The position numbers and the translations under genes were made by a program. The notes beneath the pieces were generated by a model. It had not been told where the DNA came from and did no database searches. It was given only the letters and a program-made list of their open reading frames with translations. Source: Octopus vulgaris (Eukaryota). Taken from it: a stretch of DNA of 64,000 bases. The stretch spans positions 126,852,001 through 126,916,000 of the forward strand of contig OX597818.1 in the NCBI GenBank assembly GCA_951406725.2. The letters are read 5' to 3'. Below, piece by piece: positions 13,250 to 31,017 of this stretch (positions are counted from its first letter, which is position 1; each line of letters opens with the position of its first letter).

Positions 13250-13995
13250 ATTGTGTCGTCACCACTTGTAGTGGTTTTGGGCAAGTCTAGAGCATTCGAT
13301 CGTGATATGGTCAATGGTTTCATCCACTCTATTGCAGATACAGCACAGCGGTTTGACCCTCCAGTTCGTGACCAGATCGTGGTTTTGACCTACCGCTATA
13401 GTACTCTCGGTCTCTTTTTTAGAGTTCCTTTCATCAGCGAATCCTACCTATTTTTTCCAGCAACTTCTATAGTAGCTACATATAATTGATTGTGTAGTCC
13501 CCTGCGTAATTCTTCATCATATCCTTTTTGCCCTTCTTCCTTTGTTTTCCCTTTTCACTCTGCTCTCAATAGTCCCTCGTTCTAATCTGTCACTAACAAG
13601 GTTTCCTTACTTTGGGCTAGGCATCTCATTAAGCTCTCGAGTTCGATACGTACGCAGTCTTCCATACTCACCGGTCCCCTTCCTCCATTTGCTCTTTTCA
13701 TGTATAGGCAATCAGTGCCTGCACGTGGATGATGGGCTCCATGCATCGTTAGGAGCTTTCTTGACTTTCAATCCATCTCCTTTAGCTCCTCCTCTGTCCA
13801 CTTCGGGATTCCAGCACCATAGCGAACTACTATGACTGTGCGTGAGTTTATTGCCGAAATGCTTCTAGCATTCAGCTTTGAAGACAATATTTTTCTAATT
13901 TGCCGCAAGTACTCTCCTTTTGCCTTTTCCTTTATGATGTGGTGTTTGATTCCATCTGCCTCAAGTATTGCCAGGTTGAATTGCCTTCATTATTT
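13250..13995 (-). mobile_element. Decayed R4/Dong-like non-LTR retrotransposon fragment
   Basis: Minus strand near 13270-13360 reads VKPLCCICNRVDETIDHITIECSRLAQNHYK (zinc knuckle). The fragment abuts the (TTA)n tract at 14005. Confidence 0.65.
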
Positions 13996-14003
13996 CACCA
14001 CGA

Positions 14004-16135
<2,132 letters not shown>

Positions 16136-16300
16136 TTTTTTTTTCTTCTTTCAAATTTGCTTCCATTTCTTGCCGAGTGTCTTCCCGACTCCTAGGGCAA
16201 AGAAACTCATAGTATACATTGGTAGGCCATTAAACCAAACTCAATAGTCGTTCATTTTTTGAAATTTTTGTTTTTTAAGTTATATTAAAATACATGAAAC

Positions 16301-16332
<32 letters not shown>

Positions 16333-16603
16333 TTTTTTTTTTATTTTTTTTTTTTTAATAATTATTATTATTATTATCATTATTATTATTATTGTTCAGT
16401 AGTTTTATTTTTATAGCGTGCTTTCACTTCACTACCGAGCGCAGCTCTGTGTGCCTTGGGTATGTGCTGTGATTTGTTGTGATTATTATTATTATTATTA
16501 TTATTTTCTGTATGTTATATTATTATTATTATTATTATTATTATTGTTTCTGTTTTCATTATTATTATTATTATTATTATTATTAGTAGTAGTAGTAGTA
16601 GTA

Positions 16604-16736
<133 letters not shown>

Positions 16737-16782
16737 TTGTTATTTTATATTAGTTTTGTCTATATTATATTTTACGAATCTT

Positions 16783-16840
16783 GGAAACAAGTGGCGCTTA
16801 GCGTTTAATAATTATTAACTGCTAAGCACCACTTGATTCC
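16783..16840. other. Imperfect hairpin ~215 nt into the intron after the signal-peptide exon
   Basis: ggaaacaagtggcgcttagc ... gctaagcaccacttgattcc arms with an AT-rich, partly self-complementary centre. Confidence 0.75.
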
Positions 16841-17053
16841 CCGAATCCGAGTTTTCTCTATATATTGTGCGTAAGAGATGTGATTAATTTCAACAAGCTA
16901 TCGCGTTAATTAAAACAAAGTTAAATGTATCATGTGTCGGAATTTTAAAATGATCTACACGTTTCTATATAACAACAACTTGCAATAATTTTTATGAAAG
17001 CAATTTCTTAGTTATGACGTTATTAAAAATATTGCAATGTAAAAATTGCTTAC

Positions 17054-17142
17054 CTCAATTCTTCCTCTGGGATATATCGTGCATTTACAAGAGAAACTAG
17101 CACCATGCCAACAATGCTAAGTATTAAAATGTGTCGTGTCAT
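17054..17142 (-). CDS. Neuropeptide precursor first coding exon: signal peptide MTRHILILSIVGMVLVSLVNA + RYIPEEEL(R/S)
   Basis: Acceptor tctctcatttgatttcag| lies directly before ATG. Basic N-region, hydrophobic core and V-N-A cleavage motif. The strong donor AG|gtaagc is phase 2, matching all three cassette exons (giving R-FKR, R-SKR, S-VKR). Confidence 0.85.
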
Positions 17143-18065
17143 CTGAAATCAAATGAGAGAAGACATAAATGATGTGAAATGGATATGAAATTCCAGCACG
17201 CAATTATGTGATTATTAACAAACATGAAAAACATTAAACCGAGCAAAAAGTAATTTCTTAATATGCACCGTTCTTCTTTCCAAGGATTCTATTCACGTTA
17301 CCTGTATTTAACCCTGGAAGAAATTCCGGTAAATATTCGATATATTTCAGCCATCAAAATGAAACCAGCGGATACCTTATCACAATAATCAGTGTTGACA
17401 TATAGCAAGTAGAAATTACTTAATTCTCTTTACATTAGATTTGGCCTCAGAGAAATGCCTCTGTCAAATGGAAACATAATCTGAAATCACTTGCCTATTC
17501 TCAAGAACAATTCCCCAAACGAGTTACTTATTGCTTTTTTCTGTTACCTGGATTAACATTTTTGTTTGGATATCAACAGAACATGGGCTCTTTGATTCAG
17601 CAAAAGTACTAAAGTCTACTGAGGTCAACAATGTAGAAGTCGTTATTGTTGTTTAGTCCCAGAAGATCCGTGATTGAACTGGCCTACGATCAAAGGCATT
17701 CTAGCAGCGATATAGAGTTGCTACATCTAGTAAACCTGTCGAGCACGTAGACGTTCCGTTTGTTGGCTCAAATTATACATGAGTCGGAGCAATGGAAGAA
17801 TATTGTTGAACGATGCAAAAGCACTAAAATACTGACGGATTTATCTTTGATCTTACACATTCTAGATATTGTCATATGAAACTGGCAGGAGACAGGGTCA
17901 TCTTAGGCAGAACAAATAAGTGTAACATTCGTTCGAATGATTATAACCACGTATCAACGTACGCTTGAAGTCACACGTGAAGTTTCCGTAAATATTTGTA
18001 TGTGTGCGTGTACGGTGTGTATGTGAGTGTATGTATGTATGTATGTATGTATGTATGTATGTATG

Positions 18066-18099
<34 letters not shown>

Positions 18100-18518
18100 T
18101 GTATGTATGTATGTGCAGATCTGTATTATGTATGTATTATCATGCATATAGTTCCATATCTAGACATGCTTATATATATTTAAATGATAAACTTCTGGAA
18201 AGTTTTACAGATTTTTACAGTTCCAGTGATGGATTAGATCTGTAGCCTTTGAATAAGCTTTCTCCTTCCAGGGGTGCACGTGTATGTGTGTATGTGTGAT
18301 TATAGTAAAGCGTACCCGTTCCATTCTTTTTATATCTATCCTATTTTCGGAATGAGAGTGAATACTCGAAACTTAAATTGTACATTTTCCCATTTCCTGA
18401 GCAGCAAGCTATACTAACTTTGTGTCAATTTTTATCTTGTCTCTATGTTGAATTTTTTATAACCTTCTGTGGGTAGACACACAAACACACACATATATAT
18501 AATATATAACATATATAT

Positions 18519-18565
<47 letters not shown>

Positions 18566-18680
18566 CATATAGATATATGAGTATATATGATATATACGTA
18601 AATATATTGCATTATATATATATATATATACATACATACATACACACAGTAAATGTACACACACTATATATTGGACAAAC

Positions 18681-18924
<244 letters not shown>

Positions 18925-19391
18925 GGTCATAAATTTAAGCATTACATATATGTTTTGAAATTGCTGAAACTTTCATACATAAAACATATACTGGAGACAT
19001 GTATGCTAGTAGACTAACACGGGTGAAATCAAATATGCATAACGTATATCTATAATAAATAATGCTTGAAGATTCCATTTATTAATGTATAATCAATTAT
19101 TTTTTCTTTCATTTCGTCTCTAGGTGTTCGAGTGTACAACTTATATTAATAAGAGAAAGGTATTTATGTTGCATAATTATTCAATAATGAGTATAACCTT
19201 TTTGGAACGGCAAACTTCTAAGCAGCCTATTGCATGTGTGTTTATATTTAGAATGAACTGAAATTGTGCAGTTTAGATTGATAGGAAAACAGATTATTAA
19301 ATTGATCAATCCAGTTATCAGCATGTGTGTTTATATGAATAATATTTATATATACACACACACACACATACATACATATATATGCTGGCCA

Positions 19392-19432
<41 letters not shown>

Positions 19433-19463
19433 TAATGTAGGATAAAATTGGCACATATATATG

Positions 19464-19511
<48 letters not shown>

Positions 19512-19513
<2 letters not shown>

Positions 19514-19970
19514 TGTACGCGTGGCTGTGTGGTAAGGAGCTTGCTTCCCAACCACATGGTCCGTGTTCAGTCCCACTGCATGACATTTTAGTCAAGTGTC
19601 TTGTGCCATAACCTCCGGCCGACCAAAGCCTCGTGAGTAGATTTATATCAGAGGAAATATCAAAACCAAGGCAGAACAAGTATCTCAAGTCATTTTGAAT
19701 AATTTAAGGTGAATTTGAAGCCTTACAGCCGTTTCTGGGATAACTCAAGCGGTAGGTTAGTATGTCCACGCACTTTGTTTGTGTCTGTGTTTGCACCCTT
19801 CCTCCGCCATCGCTTGACAACCGATGCTGGTATGTTTATGACCCCGAAACGTAGCGGTTCGGCAAAAGAGGCCGATAGAATAAGTACTAGGCTTACAAAG
19901 AATAAGTTCTGAGGTTGATTTCTTCGACTAACACCCTTTAAGGCGGTGCCTCAGCATGGCTGCAGTCAAT
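19512..19970 (+). mobile_element. SINE family C (tRNA-like head gtggctgtgtggtaag...ggttcagtcccactg), degenerate
   Basis: Head and 3' part match the copies at 24365-24847 and 52762-53155. Confidence 0.75.
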
Positions 19971-19981
19971 GTATATATATA

Positions 19982-20014
<33 letters not shown>

Positions 20015-20625
20015 CAAATAAATGATGGATAGGTGCCAATTCATTACAGCTGTTTCCAACTAATTTTTAAAATGATTAATGGGTATATCATATCATCATA
20101 AAAAAAAGTCTTCTTCAGATGAATACTCGAACCATAGGATTAGGAACATTTAAAACATTCAATATCCATGGCATGCACATATTTTGTGATTCCGCGAACT
20201 CCGCAGGTCGCAGAATGAGTTTACCAAATGAAAACAAATTAAAAAGTGGTTTTATAGCAGAGGACAACATGACGTATTATGTGGGTAGGATGTATTTAAG
20301 ATTTATAGCCTCTAAGGTGATTAGTCCACATGGTAGGCGGGATGGGTAAAACGGATATCCAAGCGTCTACTTTCTACAATTAAGGAAGAGATAGTTCTGT
20401 TTATATGATGATACAATTCAACTAGAGGCATAGGTTAAAAGCAAAAGACAAAGTTCACATTTATTTTTATATTTATCTATTTAAAATCCTTCCATGCCAG
20501 CGTTATTACTAAGTGTATGTCTGATGGAGACATAAAGCCCAGAATTCTACTATAGAGTGTAGGAATAAGGATGGCATTCATCGTGTTAATAGATAGGTAA
20601 GGAAGTATACAGTCAATAGCGTACT

Positions 20626-21011
20626 GTCGTGGCACTCCGTCGGTTACGACGACGAGGGTTCCTGTTAATTCGATCAACAGAACAGCCTGCACGTGAAATT
20701 ACCGTGCAAGTGGCTGAGCACTCCACAGACACGTGTACCCTTAACGTAGTTCTCGGGGAGTTTCAGCGTTACACAGAGTGTGACAAGGCTGGCCCTTTGA
20801 AATACAGGTACAATAGGAACAGGAACAAAGAGTGAGAGAAAGTCGTGGTGAAAGAGTACAGCAGGGTACGCCACCACCCTCTGCCGGAGCCTCGTGGAAC
20901 TTTAGGTGTTTTCACTCAATAAACACTCACAACATCCGGTCTGGGGTTCGAAATCACGATCCCACGACCACGAGTCCGCTGCCCTAACCACTGGGTGATT
21001 GCGCCTCTACT
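20626..21011 (-). mobile_element. SINE family A (tRNA-derived) with TSD
   Basis: TSD atagcgtact at 20616-20625 and 21012-21021; matches the four other family A copies. Confidence 0.9.
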
Positions 21012-21394
21012 ATAGCGTACTATATTAAAGCAAAGTGATAATAGTAAGAGAGAGATTATAACAGATAAAGATTAAAGTGGGCAAATGTGTTAAAATAAAA
21101 AGAGAGAGTTCGTAATAAAGGAATAATGAAAATTGAACAGGTAAAAAATCCATATATATCAGGTAAATATAATAATAAATATCGTCTAGTAATTACAAGG
21201 ATAATTTTAAAAAATTGAAAAAAAATGGTTTAGTAAAAGTACAATGGAAGTAAGATAGATTATCTTTATAATTACTCTACGATACTTTTCACTCTTATTT
21301 TAAGCAATGTAGGTGTTACTCTGCAGCGTCAGTCATAATTAGTGACAACTAAATATTTCCTCTTTGGTTTCATATTGTGTATAACTCACTTCGA

Positions 21395-21633
<239 letters not shown>

Positions 21634-21978
21634 TCTAATCTGTCTTATGATTACCATTTTTAGTTAAAAGTGATTAAACGTAAGGCTTGTATACGTGATA
21701 ATGATGTATGTCCCTGTTGAAGGTTACAATCAACTATTTTCTAACAGAATGATTCAAAGGAATTAATCAATATGAGGTGATTACGGATAGATTTAGAAGG
21801 ATTAGATCAAGGATGAGTACTAATTGGTGAAAAAATATATTTTCTTATACGAATATTTTATGAAATTCTTTTTTTAGTGTAAATATGTTTTAAGACGTAA
21901 TTTGCAGACCTAATGTTTTAGTAAATATTGAAAAGGCCAAGTTTTGGTTGCTATTGTAAACGCTTATATTCGGAATCG

Positions 21979-22031
<53 letters not shown>

Positions 22032-23096
22032 ACACGAACACACACACATTCACACCCAGGCATCTATATATACGCTAATTTGAAAGAGTGTTTTTAGGAA
22101 ATTTTCTTGATACAATCGCAATATTTGATAACAAATTTCTTTAAATTAAAAAATATTTATTCTTAATACTCTCTGGCAGATTTGAACGAGAATGTCTATC
22201 TGCTCACTTTTGTTTTTCGTCACCGGAGAAGGCCTCTTTCCTTTAGCTTGTATGTATTCATTCATAACACACGGGATTCATCAATCGGTATAAAGGAACT
22301 TTAAGACATTGCAGTGTTTCGACCTCGTTGTACTTCTGCCGAATCTAGTCTACAGTCGAATCGATAAACAAACATGGCAAAGGGCACGGGTTCTTTTTCA
22401 TAAAAATCAGTAAACAAAAGTTTTTTTTTAATGCATGCAGATGTTTAACAAACGGATAATAAGCGAAGAGAATCCAGAATGTCTGACAACCAAAGAGATT
22501 CCAGAATCACGTATGCTATACACTTACATCGCCAAAGAGAGCAGAAGTTTTTTGCTATGGACTACATTTTCTCCCCATTTAATTTTCTGTCGTATATTTT
22601 TGAATTCCATTTTAAGTTTGCCTTCTTTCTTTTTAATTTTTACTGAAGATTCATTTTTATCCAAACCTTTACCGCCAGCTTTATCAAATTCTAGTTTGTA
22701 TTCTTATATACAGAGAAGTATATATTCTTTTATCATTGTTCCTATATTACGTTACTCACTTCACTTTTGCCTGCTTCTAAATATTTTACTAATCTGACTG
22801 CTATTATTTCCTTGGAGTTCCCTATTTTTATCGTTTTACGTGTGGCAGAATCGCAGTATTTGTTCCAGTTTCGTTCAACTTTGCCTTTTATCCCTTCGGG
22901 TCGATAAAATCAAGTACCGGCCAACTACTGGGACTGACAGTTTAAATTAATTCCCTACACTCAAAATTGCCGACCTTGTACCTAAATTACTAGTCACTGT
23001 TTCCCGTATTACTTGCTTTCGCTGACATCGGATATGGTTCGTATGTCCTCGGCACATTTTATTTTCAATTACTTTTACCTTCCTTATCATAGAAAA

Positions 23097-23192
23097 ATTT
23101 CCCTTTGGAAACTTACACATAAAGGACTATTTCCCTTTGGAAACTTACACATAAAGGACTATTTCCCTTTGGAAACTTACACATAAAGGACT
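23097..23192. repeat. Three exact tandem copies of a 32-bp unit
   Basis: atttccctttggaaacttacacataaaggact at 23097, 23129 and 23161. Confidence 0.97.
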
Positions 23193-23635
23193 CCGACAAT
23201 TTAGAAACTTTTGCCTCATTACTTCCTATGTATAGGGAAACCTGTTTTTTTTCACACATCTATAGTTTTCATAGATTGTTGGTATATATATGTAGTTAGA
23301 TGGTGTTTAAAACAACAACGATCGGAAATGCTTCGAAAACTAATAATGAACAAAACGCGATTTACAAAAGAAAAAGACTTTGTATTATGTAAATAATTAA
23401 AATGAAAAGGAAAATGAGCAGTAAAAATGCATCAATATGCACAACTCAGCGAATAGAGAAAGATAATTATTCTATAGAGTCTATTAATACTAAATCAGAT
23501 TGTAGATTATTACTTTGGTAACAAAATATATAAATGACAGTTTTCTCATATGCTCGACGAGAATATAAACGAAAGTGATTTTTGAATGTGATAACTTCAA
23601 CTACTGTTGCTAGTCAGAGAGATAGATAGATAAAT

Positions 23636-23694
<59 letters not shown>

Positions 23695-23807
23695 AAAAAT
23701 CAACTACCATTAACTGGATATACGTAAAGACAACATTTTGTGAGAATTATGTTGAACTTTACCGACTGCTTATATATTTTTCTGCATTTTTAGGTAGGTA
23801 GGTAGGC

Positions 23808-23889
<82 letters not shown>

Positions 23890-23909
23890 ACAGACAGACA
23901 GACAGACAA

Positions 23910-23993
<84 letters not shown>

Positions 23994-24009
23994 GTTATAC
24001 ATTTTCACT

Positions 24010-24230
24010 CTGGTTTTAGCAAGCTCATTAGGCAGTGCGATTGTCACAGTGATTAACGTAATGATAAAAAGTAATGGAGAGAGAGCAAATCTCCTTGGAA
24101 TATTCCCCTGCGAATTTTCACATTTTTTTAAAGGGATCATTGCCGTATGTTGGTTCTACTTGCCATGATATCATTGATTTTCTAAAAAGAAACAGTTAAT
24201 CTTCTCATTTATCCCGAATATCGCCAGGTA
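24010..24230 (-). mobile_element. Small non-LTR RT fragment (R4/Dong-like)
   Basis: Frameshifted [18 protein letters not shown] motif on the minus strand. Confidence 0.55.
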
Positions 24231-24364
24231 CTCCAAGGGCCCACAGTGTGAAACATTACTGTAGGGTTTCTCGTAGTATATCCAGACAACAGCTTCTGAT
24301 TTGTACCTCGTTTAATGTCATGCAATCGATATACAACAGATAAGTAGTTCCTCTCGACTACTTA

Positions 24365-24847
<483 letters not shown>

Positions 24848-25689
24848 AGCCTGGAGTATTTATTAACAGAGAATAATTAATTGGGTTGTAATATTAATTC
24901 AACAGTACAAGCAAAATAAAACAATCTACAAACAGGAAACACTCTCTGTGCAGAAAATATCCAATAAAATAAACGAACTCTACAAGTCGGACACCCACAA
25001 GAAGAACACAACTTGCATTACTCACGCAACATACAATACAAACACTAATACAGCAAAAGACTCAAGCCGAACTCAATGGTAGAACAAACTGATGCAATAC
25101 AATATCGGGAGGAGTTTGGTCAAGCAAGGTCAATGTATTATGTAACAAGGTCGATGATCCATGGAAGATAGAAAGTGAAAGTATTGGATGAAATACACAG
25201 AAGATACAAATAACATGTATGAGATGAATTGTATGAAAACGAGAGATGCTCACAAAAATAATGAATGCACATTTAAGTCTTGATTTAACATTGCCTTTAG
25301 GTTAACTGGAGGAAAGAAAGTTCTTGACAGCTATTGATTTAAACTCAAAAGAATGCTATCAGGCTAGATATAGATATGGATCTGTTTCATCTGTGATATT
25401 CGAAAGTGGTTATCCGCTGTGATAGGTGACAAGTTTAACCGTATAATTCTAGCATTATCATTAAGTTTGCAAAATGTCGTCCAATGTTTTAGTACAGCAT
25501 CGTTTCAAAAAGTTATCGCAGTAGTGTGGGCGTTTTGAAGTTTAGCTATTCTAAAGCTATTTGATTAAAATGCACAAGCGTAGGGTTACGGTTGTAACAT
25601 ATTTTTTCTTTTTTTTTTACATAAATAGAGACAATATTAAATTTGTATACTGAAACAAAAACTAACATCTGTTGAGTATCTTTTATTTT

Positions 25690-25942
25690 TTATCGTTCAT
25701 TTGTTTCAGTCGTCTGACAGCGACCATGCTAGAGCAGCGCAGTGAAGGGTTTTAGTCGAACAAATCGACTTAATTTTTTTTAAAGCCTAGTACTTATCCC
25801 ACCAGTTTCTTTTGTCGAACCGCTAAGTTATGAAGACTAAATAAAACTACACTGGTTGTCAAGCGGTGGTAGGGGACAAACACAAACACAAAGAAAAACG
25901 CGCGCATGCACACACACACACACATATATATATATATGTGTG

Positions 25943-25986
<44 letters not shown>

Positions 25987-26170
25987 CATATGTATGTATA
26001 TGACAGGTTTGTTGGTTTCTTTCAGTTTCTATCTACCAAATACACTCACAAGGCTTTAGTCGGCCTGAGGCTAGAGTAGAAGGCACTTGCCCAAGGTACT
26101 GCACAGTGGAACTGAACCCAGAACCATTTAGTTGGGAAGCAAGCTTCTTACCACACAGCCACGTCTGCGT
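25690..26170 (-). mobile_element. SINE family C
   Basis: Colinear with 24365-24847. Confidence 0.85.
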
Positions 26171-26714
26171 CTATATGTAAGAGGAAATATTATTCAATTG
26201 TTCATGCATTTACACAAGAATATTGCCATTAGAATCGAAATTAGTTCATTAACTAGACTCGTTTCAAGCATACTGTAAATTATTCGACTTTTATTACTTC
26301 CAACAATGAGTGCACTAACAAATCTATGTTAAAAGCAGTGTACACATCTGCTACGATATCACTAACTTCATGTAGAAAAATAATTATAAAGTGAGGCAAT
26401 TTCGGTCAATTCTCAGCCGAAACGGATGGAATAGAGTTGCTTATTTTCAAATTAATAACAGATCGTCTTCACTTACTGAATACGAAAGGTGTCCATGCCT
26501 AATACATTCAGCAGTAGATTGGAAAGAAAGACAAGAAGGCAGTGGCGTTTTAAAATAAAAATGTCTGCAAATAGATAATTTTTCTTGCCATTTTAATGTT
26601 TTTAAAAGTGAAGATTTAAAATGCTTAGATATATTTTTCTCTTTCTTTTTATCTGTCTGTTGTTTCTCTGACTCTCTGTCTATCTATTTAAATCTCTGTC
26701 TCTATCTATACCCA

Positions 26715-26751
<37 letters not shown>

Positions 26752-26768
26752 ATAATAAATCTCTGAAC

Positions 26769-26841
<73 letters not shown>

Positions 26842-27121
26842 GAGAAAAGAGAAGAAGAAGAGACATATATATATATATATATATATATTTACAGACACAT
26901 GCGCGGGCACACACACACATATATATAAATTAATTAATATAAGCAGCCATGCGCATTTAGTAGCAGTTATAGTTTTCCTTTACGGTAACACATTGTGCAT
27001 GGCTGTTTTTATTAATTTTTATATACGCATTAGCGATTCGCTAAATCGTTCATGAATTTTTATGGTGAATACATACACGCTGATAGAGAATTAAGCCCGG
27101 TATCAGCCGTGAGAGCGGTCC

Positions 27122-27164
27122 TTGCTGATGACGCTACGGAAATAGCCGAAACTGATCGGTCAAT
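27122..27164 (+). ncRNA. Minimal type I hammerhead-like motif (degenerate)
   Basis: CTGATGA-cGCTA cggaaa TAGCc-GAAA-C TGATCG GTC. Stem III is near-palindromic; the stem II closing pair and stem I are imperfect. Confidence 0.45.
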
Positions 27165-27833
27165 ATAATGAATTCTTGATCGGTGTTTTTGGCAATTACA
27201 ATCCCTGTCAGCATAGGAATGTAGCCTGTTCTAACACCCATGATCGCATTTAGTGACAATTAATTATATATGTGTATGTGTGTGCGCGTGTGTGTATACA
27301 CCTATATGTATATGCATATGTATAAGTTAAGTTAAGTTAAGTTAAGTTAAGTTGTATACATACAGATACGTATTAAAATTGGCATAACGATCGATACAGT
27401 CCATCAGACATTTATCAAATAACACTTGATCGATATCAATAGTTGAAACAACTGTTCCAGTTAAAATAAAGATATAAACTCTACAGATATATTGTATTGA
27501 GTACTAAATATGAAAATAAACAAATTTGATTGAAACAAATTACAACAGCAATAATATTATAAACACACACACACACACACACCACACAGCCACATCACAC
27601 ACGCACACCTACTCAACACGCACACATACACACACATGAACACACATAAATATGCATATATGCTTACACATACAAACACACTCGCATGTACATGTATGTA
27701 TGAGCATACATCTATAAAATAAATATACGTATACGAGGGTAGAATGAAAAGTTCATAAGGCTGGCTATGAATGAGTGATGCTAGAACAGTGAAGTCCGAC
27801 ATGTATTAACTTCAGACCTTCGTAGTAATAACT

Positions 27834-28200
27834 GTGGAGGCGCAATGGCCCAGTGGTTAGGGCAGCGGACTCGCGGTCATTGGATCGCGGTTTCGATTCC
27901 CAGACCGGGCGTTGTGAGGTGTTTATTGAGCGAAAACACCTAAAGCTCCACGAGGCTCCGGTAGCGGATGGTGGTGATCCCTGCTGTACTCTTTCACCAC
28001 AACTTTCTCTTACTCTTACTTCCTGTTTCTGTTGTACCTGTATTTCAAAGGGCCGGCCTTGTCACTCTCTGTGTCACGCTGAATATCCCCGAGAACTACG
28101 TTAAGGGTACACGTGTCTGTGGAGTGCTCAGCCACTTACACGTTAATTTCACGTGCAGGCTGTTCCGTTGATTCGGATCAACCGGAACCCTCGTCGTCGT
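27834..28200 (+). mobile_element. SINE family A (gtggaggcgcaatggcccagtggttagggcagcggactcgcgg head)
   Basis: A-box (tggcccagtgg) and B-box (ggtttcgattccc); five near-identical copies in the window. Confidence 0.92.
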
Positions 28201-28808
28201 GCAAGGAGAGTAATAACTGCATTTTCCTTACAGGTAAACCGAGATGTGACTGTTCGGAGAGGACTTCTAAAGTAACTAGTAGCGACTTCTCTTGAAAACA
28301 GAAAAAAATTGGCATTGTGTTGTTATCCAGGACCGCAAGAAAAACCGTTTTACCGCCAACGACATTAAGCAGCTGAATTTCAAATGAGAAGGGAGAGTTT
28401 TCTTCAGCCTATGAAGGTTTCAGCCGGCCCACGTGTGTGCGTATATGTGTGTGTGTGTATGTGTACGTTTGTATGTATTTATGCATGTATGTATATTATA
28501 TATGAATGTTTATATGTATGTATAAGTATATAAGTTGATATCATGCTCTTCATGAACCCCTAATTGAGGAGAAATACATAAAAATGTTAATAATTAATTG
28601 AAGCAAAATACCAAAGACTTATCCAAGTTTCTGTTAGCGGTTCTCAAAAAAATTAAATAAATAAATGAATAAAGATTGAGAGTTGATTTCAAGGAAATAT
28701 ATTAACTTCAAAATTTTAATTTGCATGGTTAAGGCTAAGTTTGATATTTGTTTAGAAGCAAAGAGATTAATTGCAAGGCTAATATATATATGTATACACA
28801 CTCTCAAC

Positions 28809-28940
<132 letters not shown>

Positions 28941-29245
28941 GGACGACGTCATTCAGTACGTAAGGAAAGCTTATTGGTATTCATGCAATTTCCCATTCAA
29001 ATTGATTTTGTTAGGCCATTTTATTACGCTCATTGTATACCCCCTCTTTCGTACACAAACACACACATACACACACACATACATACATACACACACACAC
29101 ACACGCACACACACACATACACACACACAAGCAGATATATATATTATGGCAACCGAATAATTGTCACATACATTACAGATAAATTCCTCTATTTACATAA
29201 TATCGAGGTCTATTCATTCTTTTGTTGTCGTGCCATTACTATTAG

Positions 29246-29304
<59 letters not shown>

Positions 29305-29309
29305 CAGAC

Positions 29310-29380
<71 letters not shown>

Positions 29381-30860
29381 TAAAAAATGTAATTTATATA
29401 AATATCAATTTATATAAATTATATTTTTTAATCTACACAGATTCCGACATGTACTTTATTACCTTCGGGTTTAGCTGATAACGTAATTGTTCAAGATCAT
29501 AAATGAAAGAATTTTCTATTTATATGGTGGAAAAAATTCTAAACATTGTTGATAATATCTTTTCAAAAAGAAGAAAATATGCTTTCGATTTAGTTTCAAT
29601 GCTGCTAGACTTTTTAATGTATACGACGACAAAAAAGTAAAGTAATTGATGTTAGTTCTGTAAAGAAAATATTTTAACCTGATGCACATTCTTCTATCGC
29701 GTACTATCTACCTCTAAATTGTTTCACGTTACTGCGTACCCCATTCCCATATATATGTATACATGCATCAGGGGATTATAGTCTTTACTAATCCCTCTTC
29801 CTTTTTAATAGATTCACTTTCATCTTGAATCTCTATTCCACATTATGACTTGTCCTCGACAGTTAAGCTTTATAAACCGACAGAATGTACCGCTTATTTG
29901 TCTTATTCTATAATTTTCCCTTTTTCCTTTTCCTTCTCTTCCTTTTCTACACACCACTTTCGACTCGTTTCACTAACATATTTCACGTTAGGCAGCTTAC
30001 CCATTTACTCCGTTTAACATCGCCATTAGTAATTTTCACACTTTTCTTCCATTTTCTTTTAATGATGCCTGTGTTTCATCATAAATATAGAACATACAGC
30101 TATTACAGAGCATACAGCTATTACACTTACATTTATGACCCGGCATAGTTTCCAGCTCGAAAAAATTAACACATTATGATATATGATATATTGTTAATAT
30201 TTTTGATTATTGCTGTGTATAAACTCTTGGCACATTGTGTATCACTGTTTGTATATGTATTATAGTATCAACCAGTCACCGCATATTCGAAACAGTTGTA
30301 AAGATAGTTCCTCTGCTTGAATTATGAATATAAATGAATTGCCGCCGTCTATAGATTTTGTTCATTTTTTTTCTTTATTTTTCTCCCCAACTACGCTTTT
30401 CTTATCGCTAACTTTTGTTCTACTGGAGTACTTTTCCCTGATTAGGGTTTTGGAATTAAAGCATCTGATTATTCCGAGTACTAACTTGGAGGTTATATAT
30501 TCAACGCTCATAGAACCGTTTCCATACCCACTATATATCTATATATATGATGGACTCTACCATCGAAGATGGCGTACGAGCGTTGAGACTTTGCCGAACG
30601 ACCTGCACAAAGGATTTGTTTATAGCGATCAAATGTATGTGTCGTACCCCCTCCAGCAAATCGACCTTGCCTGAACAGGTGCACGGTGTACCACATGTCG
30701 AAGGGATTGCAGAATAATTCTAGTTGAAGTCTTTTGCTCACCCGGTCTAGGAATTGAAACCGCTAGGCCATGCGTCTTCACTTTATATACTGATATATAT
30801 ATACACATACACACACACACATACACTAAATGTGAGTTTGTATGTATATATATATATATA

Positions 30861-30940
<80 letters not shown>

Positions 30941-31017
30941 TCAAAATGTGACCGCCTGTGTACCGTTGGCGATTTTTTCCCCCTGTCTTCCCTTTTCTGT
31001 ATCTTTCCTTCTCCTAT

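Noticed and set aside
27834-27910. tRNA-like sequences at SINE heads
   Set aside because: They run into conserved SINE bodies with TSDs and have no proper acceptor stem or terminator.
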